Positions 59,001 to 64,000 of a stretch of 64,000 nt of DNA are shown here, one piece after another (the stretch's first letter is position 1; each line of letters begins with the position of its first letter). Both the position numbers and the translations under genes were made by a program. The notes beneath the pieces were generated by a model. That model was not told the DNA's origin and did not search any database. It saw nothing but the letters and a program-made list of their open reading frames with translations. Source of the DNA: Planctomycetota bacterium (GTDB taxonomy: Bacteria; Planctomycetota; UBA8108; SXIK01); the NCBI GenBank assembly GCA_965223265.1, contig OZ244999.1, positions 8,288,001-8,352,000 on the forward strand. Direction: 5' to 3'.

Positions 59001-59685
59001 TGCGATCTTGTGAGCGTCCACCGTGACGGCCTCGATCCGTCGTTGTCGCCATGCCGCCGTTGTTTCTGTTGGTCGCGGATGCGTCGCTCTCGTTCTGTCG
59101 CTCGCCACGCGGTGGCGCAGTGCCATTCTTCCCTTCGCCGCCGGCGTCCTCTCGGCCGCTGGTTCTACGCGGAAAAGGGCGACGCCCTCTTCGCGACTCG
59201 GTTTTGGCCCGGCTCGCGGGAGGAGCAAGAGTTGCGGTTTCGCCTTTCTTTCCCGTCGTCTTTGTCTCTAGCTGCGCGCCCCGCGAGGCGGCGTCTGCCG
59301 CGGCAGTACCTGTCGACCTCTGCACACGATCAGGCGCTGCGACCGCTGCTGTTTGGTCAGGTGCTGCGCTGGCACGCTTCTTTGGCTTCGACTTTTCTGT
59401 CGAAGTCTTGCGAACGGTCTTCGCGTTCGATTTCGCCGTCGGTGTTGTCTTGCTGCGACGAGTCGACGCCCCGGACTTCTTCGCCGTCGAGCTAGCCTGA
59501 GTTTTTTTCGCCGTGGTTTTCTTCGTTTTCTTCGACGCCGTTTTTTTGGCTGTACCTTGGGAAGCCGAGGCGGTCGAGTTAGAAGACGCCTTCTTACTTG
59601 CTTTCGAAGTCTTCTTGCTTGCCGTCTTTTTCTTCGGTTTGGACGGCTTTCTTGTCGGCTGGCTAGGCACGCTGTTCCTCAACAA
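56080..59685 (-). CDS. SNF2-family helicase with a long Lys/Arg-rich N-terminal extension
   Basis: LRPYQ, LADDMGLGKT, DEAQ, SGTPVEN, IFSQF, LKAGGVGLNLT, DPWWNPAVE.QA.DRAHRIGQ. Confidence 0.95.
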   Translation of the reverse strand: MLRNSVPSQPTRKPSKPKKKTASKKTSKASKKASSNSTASASQGTAKKTASKKTKKTTAKKTQASSTAKKSGASTRRSKTTPTAKSNAKTVRKTSTEKSKPKKRASAAPDQTAAVAAPDRVQRSTGTAAADAASRGAQLETKTTGKKGETATLAPPASRAKTESRRGRRPFPRRTSGREDAGGEGKNGTAPPRGERQNESDASATNRNNGGMATTTDRGRHGGRSQDRNRRRHGQRGPSKGQRSGGRHGKRRSKGSGRSRLPQVPPGPAGLIYVVEANAPIGATGVVRVFFRQPGPQGQHGSAILPVAIDRHLPRFSKHEEDEALTSILLRLPRQSKAALQRKKSKRKRGKVRSSAPNTSAVTVTEKAWRTLLPLLIESGRVYLLHSGTTRVVPIVREDRPPLDFHLLLERIKKRGDFHLTCRFVRGHKTLLYKSQVLLITDGEKGQLLRRSGKLSDVEFSGSVAWLKALRRGRFRHVPKRKISSLLKIFERSTTLPEAHFPSALKIKNVTGIEPRPELKLESGPQEVDAEVTFRYGDNLVRAARPGKRFFSLKNRRLIVRNLESEGARAVELLQLGFLYNESKHSFSLSADRLVVAAPELFELGWTLHGKRMPFRPPTDMQVEVETGTDYIDVDVRVHFGDQSIKVPELMEAMQQGNRMIVLKQGVVGVLPSDWIEKNAAWMELGHVHDGKLRLRRNQSSMVDALVEENIKARLDQSFRTEKDRLDSFQGVEEHEASENFNGTLRPYQEFGVGWLRFLDSMEWGGCLADDMGLGKTIQALAHLQLLKEEGRTGTTLIVTPKSLVFNWQREAQRFTPNLKCASYLGPKRAKILEKLDEYDVIFSTYGTVRRDVEQLASIPFLYVILDEAQAIKNIDSQNARAVRVLNGQRRLILSGTPVENHLGELWSLFDFLNPGMLGTYNAFKKRFGGELSDAGGLSFLRRTLRPFILRRKKEEVAPDLPPRTEETILCQMETEQRKIYNELKERCRNSVLAQVKSKGLARSKLHILEALLRLRQAACHPRLIDDEYAESQSGKFNALIDMLEQVEDEGHKALIFSQFTSLLSIVRETMDGLGKNYEYLDGQTRNRAERVDRFQEDEDCRFFLISLKAGGVGLNLTAADYVFILDPWWNPAVEAQAIDRAHRIGQDKKVFAYRFVSESTIEERIADLQESKRKLADAIVTADENIMRDLTKDDLEVLFS

Positions 59686-60674
59686 ACTCTCTGAGATGCA
59701 ATGATTCTGCGGTCATGCGAAGTCGCTTCGCGGCACGAAAGCACGAAACAAGCATCCCTTCGTTACATGTCATTCTACGCTGGCGGGTCATCCCTCTTCT
59801 TGACCTCGAAGGCTGTGCTCTCGCCTTATGACGTCGGGTCCATAGAGACCCCGTACCGAGAGCTGTTCACTTCTCCGGTTTTACCGGCTGCTACCCGTGA
59901 CCCACCTCGATCCCCCATGATCTCCGCCCCAATCCCCGCGAACCGCCCTTGAATCTGAGCCTGATTCGGCGACGCTCGAGCAGAGTGTCGACCGATTCAC
60001 GTCAGTCGAAGTACCTGAGTCTATGAACGCCTCTCGACTCTACGGATGTGCTTCTGAGCGGTGTCCGTCACCGCAAGTCGTGCACTCACAACCGAAGCGG
60101 TTTGGAGACTCAACCCGAGCTGCCAGCGGGCGGGGCTCGCACACGCAGGAGCGGGTGCTGAGTCGTTGAGCCTGCTATCATCCTCGGATTTGCGCCGTCC
60201 GCACATGAGGAAATGTTGGGTGTTCTTGCTCCGAATGACCTTTTCTGACCGACACCAAATCGCTGCAGCACGACTGTGCCGTTGGTGACATGCGTCATGC
60301 GCTGCAATTTGGCTAGCGCTGGCGCCATTCATTACGGAATCAAACCAAAGACCTACGAAGAGGCCGGTAAATCCTACTGTTGCCGCCGTCCTCGCTGGCA
60401 CCGCGGCAGACTAAACTCCCCGTGCTTCCCAAGCATGTCAGCGGAAGGCTGCGTTGCTGCGTGCTGCACCTTCCGATCTCCAGCGACGCTGCGCTCAGGG
60501 CGCAGGCGGTTGGAGCGGGGTTTCGTGCGTAGGCTCTTCAACCTGTAGCCTACGCCCTAGAAAGGATAGACGTTTCTGCTGACGCCGTCAAGGCCCGAAG
60601 CAGATTTTCCGCGTTGACTTGCAGCGGACCGTCGCCTCACGATGGTTCGGGGCGCTCGAAGGACAAACGGAAGA

Positions 60675-61124
60675 ATGGCGAAAGACCGCAAGCGAAGCGT
60701 GCTGTTTTTGTGCACAGGCAACTCGTGCCGGAGCCACATGGCGGAGGCATGGCTTCGCGCCCTGGCTCCTGAAGCGTACGAGAGTCTCTCAGCCGGCGCG
60801 CGACCGAGTGGTTCTATTCATCCCGTCGCCGCAGAGGTCATGCTCGAGGTCGGGATTTCTCTCGCGGGTCACAGCTCCAAAGACATCCGCGACTTCCTGC
60901 CGCCAGTTGGAACGCCTCCGGACGTCGTCGTCAGCGTGTGCGATCGCGCTGCGGCAGATTGTCCCGTTTTTCCCGGGCAGGTTTCTCGACTTCATTGGCC
61001 TTTCGAAGATCCGGCAGCGATCGTCGCGGCTGACGAACGCCTTCGGGTTGCTCGGTGCGTCCGCGATGAGATTCGAGGCCGCATCGAGGTTGCCCTAGAG
61101 AGCGGCGAGTTCGACGGCTCGTGA
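60675..61124 (+). CDS. arsC: Arsenate reductase ArsC, LMW-PTP (thioredoxin-coupled) type
   Basis: LFLCTGNSCRSHMAE, SAG, VC...CP, HWPFEDP, VRDEI. Confidence 0.88.
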   Translation: MAKDRKRSVLFLCTGNSCRSHMAEAWLRALAPEAYESLSAGARPSGSIHPVAAEVMLEVGISLAGHSSKDIRDFLPPVGTPPDVVVSVCDRAAADCPVFPGQVSRLHWPFEDPAAIVAADERLRVARCVRDEIRGRIEVALESGEFDGS

Positions 61125-61219
61125 GATCTGGCCGCTTGGCGGCGTAGAGCGGCGCGTTTCACTACAGACATTGACGACTGCGTCGTCGAAGTGCAGAGCA
61201 CGAACCTCTTCGACAAGCG

Positions 61220-61897
61220 TTACGCGACCGCGGGCGGAACCACGTAGTAAAAAATCGCGAGGTAATGGCAGCCGCTGCCGCAGAGGACGAAGAGGTGCCA
61301 AATGGCATGGAAGTACCGGTTGACGTCGCGCATGTAGAAATAGACGCCGGCCGTGTAGAAGAGACCTCCTGCCAGCAGCAGGTACAGAGCACCGGCTGGG
61401 ACACTCTCAAGCATCGGTTTGATCGCCACGAGGCAGATCCAGCCCATGAAGAAATACGTCGCCACCGAGACAAACTCGGCGCACCGATGGCGTAGGCGAA
61501 GTTTGAATACCGTACCGCTCGCTGCGAAGATCCAGATGGCCACGAGCAGAAGCCAGCCCCAGTTTTGCCGCAGGTGAACCAGCGTGAACGGCGTGTAGGT
61601 TCCAGCGATGAACAGGTAGATGCAGATGTGGTCAGCAGTCCGTAGCGTGCTCTTCATCGGCTGCTTCTTGGAGCCGTGGTAGAGCGTCGACACCGCATAC
61701 ATTGATAGCAGCGTCGCGGCGTAAACTGAGCAGCCAGAGATTTGCCAGACGTTGCCTCGACTTCCCACCTCGGTGAGCAAAAGCGCGACCCCGGCGACGC
61801 TGAGAAGGAGGCCAACACCGTGAGTGACGATGTTGGCGAATTCCTCGCCCTGCAGGCCGTAAAGTGCGCGCGGAGCTGTCACGGGGTGGTGATCCAT
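61220..61897 (-). CDS. Hemolysin III / PAQR family membrane protein
   Basis: EExANxxTHG, STLYH, DHxxIYLFIAGTYTPF, HAIWHLFV. Confidence 0.93.
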   Translation of the reverse strand: MDHHPVTAPRALYGLQGEEFANIVTHGVGLLLSVAGVALLLTEVGSRGNVWQISGCSVYAATLLSMYAVSTLYHGSKKQPMKSTLRTADHICIYLFIAGTYTPFTLVHLRQNWGWLLLVAIWIFAASGTVFKLRLRHRCAEFVSVATYFFMGWICLVAIKPMLESVPAGALYLLLAGGLFYTAGVYFYMRDVNRYFHAIWHLFVLCGSGCHYLAIFYYVVPPAVA

Positions 61898-62201
61898 GGA
61901 AAGCGAAGGCTCGCGATCGTGTGTGTGGAGGGGTGGATATCTCTATTGTAGGGCGTGCGTCACGATCGCGCGCGGGGGCACGTTGGCGGCTCACCTTGAG
62001 CACGGTTTCTAACCCTTTCAAGGCACCCGCGTTGTGATCGCTCGTTCGACGAAGGCGAGAGAACGTTGGCACGGGATTTGATTCGGTAGATGTGCAGCCC
62101 CAAATCCGCTGCGTCTTCGTCTCTCGTCATGCACCGAAGGGTTGCCGCGTGCTCGGCGTCCGGAGGTTTCGCGTCATGGGGATGAGGCGGACGCTCTGGT
62201 C

Positions 62202-63836
62202 TCAAACGACGCGGGCGACTCCACCGCGTCGAGAGTCTCCGGCTCCCTCGAGGTGCCCGGACGCGCTGCGCCGCGCGACGTGGACTCCACCAAAGTAGAG
62301 CGTGGGGGCATCGAAACGTTGTTCGCCGAGGGCCAAGCGTCGCGCAGCAGCGAGGACTGTGTCACCCTGCGCACCGACGAAAAGAAAGTTCTCAGAGCTC
62401 AGTACGCCATCCTCGTAGTGGAGGCGCGGCTGCTGTAGGGACTCCTGCAGCGACAAGCCGTCATCAACGAGCCACGAGATGAATTGCGGCACGACGGTTC
62501 GAATGCGATTTGCACCTCCAGAACCGAGAGCTGTCATCGCGGTGTGACCGTTCCCTTGTCCGCTCTCGACATCGCCGCCGAGGAGAATGCATGGAGCCAT
62601 CATCGTTCGGAGGCGTTCGCCGGGAGTGAACCTAAGAAGCCCTTCCGGAAACAGATCTTCTTCGCCGAGGAGGTTGTTCATGAAGATTCCCGTGCCCGGA
62701 ATCTCGTAGCCATTTCCCTCACCGTGGCTGAGCGTCATGGTTGCAACGTTGCCGTCGTCATCAATGGTACTGATATGCGTCGTGTTGCCGACTCCGTCCC
62801 CACTGCCGCGGCATGCGGACGGAGGACCCGGATCTTTCAAGATGGACGCCACGCGATTGGTGATTCTTTGCAGCGCGTCCTTCTCGGTAGCGATGGCAGG
62901 AGACGCGCGGCGTGCTTCCGCGATGGCTCGCAGAATCGCGGTGAGGAGCTGATACCTCTCTTCGCTACCCAAGCAAGTGGACGCGAGACAGTGGGCGCGA
63001 AAAGTCGCCAGCGTGAGGGCTACCAGCGGGCCGCCGAACGACGGTGGTCCCAGAGTGTAAACACGCGTCGAGCCGTAGTCGACGACAAGCGGTCGCTCGA
63101 ACCGTGGGGTGTAAGCGTCAAGATCGGTCGAGGTCAGATACCCTCCCGCCTCGTAGCTGAAGGCGCTAAGGATTGCTGGACGTAGAGTCGAACGATCGAA
63201 TTCGTCGTAGCCTCTTGCACCGAGGCTCTTGAGTGTGTTCGCGAGCCGTGTGTTCGTGAACAGCGCGCCGGGACGAAGTCGCTGCGCCTCCGCGTCATAG
63301 AAGAGCGCACGTCCCAGTTCCGACGCACGTAAGATAGGCTCAAGCGTCGCGTGGCAGCGGGCTTGGTATTCGGTGACGACGCTCCCACGTTCGAGAAAGT
63401 CTATGGCCGGATTGAGGATCGTCGTCAGCGGTAGCGTGCCCCAACGATCGCGGGCGGCGCACAGTCCGCGGATCATCCCAGGTACTGCGGCAGCGCCGCG
63501 TCCGATGTGAAACGGCTGCGCGTGCCCGCCGGATTGAAAGTCAACGTTGACGCTGCGGAAGTCGCGCGGCGGAGCGGTAGCTGAGGTGTCGACTGCCCGT
63601 TGACCCAGACCTGGTGCCGCCGCGAAGAAGTCGCACACCGTGACTTCTCCACTCTCTCCGTTGCGCCAAAGGAGAACGCCGCCACCTGCAAGACTGCAGA
63701 TGCTTGGGTCGCCGGCGGCCGTTGCGAATGCCGCTGCGACCGCCGCATCCATCGCATTGCCGCCGCGCTCAAACATCTCTGCGGCTGCGGCTGCGCTCTC
63801 CTCCGAGCCTGCGGCGACGACGCCATGCTTGATCAT
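62202..63836 (-). CDS. ggt: Gamma-glutamyltransferase family protein
   Basis: GGNAMDAAVAA, AVPG, nucleophile TTHISTID, MNNLLGE, GSGG, PRLH, GAGDSRRGG. Confidence 0.9.
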   Translation of the reverse strand: MIKHGVVAAGSEESAAAAAEMFERGGNAMDAAVAAAFATAAGDPSICSLAGGGVLLWRNGESGEVTVCDFFAAAPGLGQRAVDTSATAPPRDFRSVNVDFQSGGHAQPFHIGRGAAAVPGMIRGLCAARDRWGTLPLTTILNPAIDFLERGSVVTEYQARCHATLEPILRASELGRALFYDAEAQRLRPGALFTNTRLANTLKSLGARGYDEFDRSTLRPAILSAFSYEAGGYLTSTDLDAYTPRFERPLVVDYGSTRVYTLGPPSFGGPLVALTLATFRAHCLASTCLGSEERYQLLTAILRAIAEARRASPAIATEKDALQRITNRVASILKDPGPPSACRGSGDGVGNTTHISTIDDDGNVATMTLSHGEGNGYEIPGTGIFMNNLLGEEDLFPEGLLRFTPGERLRTMMAPCILLGGDVESGQGNGHTAMTALGSGGANRIRTVVPQFISWLVDDGLSLQESLQQPRLHYEDGVLSSENFLFVGAQGDTVLAAARRLALGEQRFDAPTLYFGGVHVARRSASGHLEGAGDSRRGGVARVV

Positions 63837-64000
63837 GCTGGGATTCTACCGAATCGACCCTATCAACGCAGCGGGGTAGTGTGTCGGAGTTGGTCTACCG
63901 TCCGCGGCGCGCCAAAGAGAAGCAGAGCGCGTCGGGCAGCGATCGGTAGACGTTCCCTAACGCGGTGATTCGGTGGCGGAAAGCACGAGCGGAGGTTGGC

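Noticed and set aside
59700-60640. About 900-bp gene-poor interval with short Cys-containing ORFs
   Set aside because: No convincing start, RBS, family motif or recognisable RNA gene; left unannotated.

Overview
GC-rich bacterial chromosomal segment, very likely from a member of the Planctomycetota. It carries two DUF1549/DUF1553 cytochrome-c + DUF1501 pairs, a PVC-type heme-binding CxxCH protein, a sulfatase, ThuA/DUF1080, PmoA-like, PQQ-propeller and planctomycete-type dockerin proteins, plus housekeeping genes (aroE, thyA-folA, mutM, trpBA, a SNF2 helicase, ggt). No rRNA, tRNA, CRISPR array, transposase or reverse transcriptase was recognised. The outstanding region is 14777-17150. Two convergent 107-aa four-helix-bundle genes (23S-IVP/Avd-like; 57/107 identical by manual gapless alignment) share one layout: short tandem-repeat array(s), then a conserved ~170-nt non-coding structured leader (42-nt core 41/42 identical, with GNA-triloop and tandem-GA hairpins typical of single-stranded DNA), then the gene, a hairpin, and degenerate hexamer arrays. 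The variable arm of each leader is complementary to a repeat unit of its own upstream array. Also present are GTAG-type REP palindromes, a 159-bp MITE with a CTAA target duplication, a Bsr-like deaminase, a GT9/GT-C fusion and a SNF2 with a histone-H1-like tail. All calls were made by eye from motifs. No searches were run, and repeat copy numbers may be affected by assembly.
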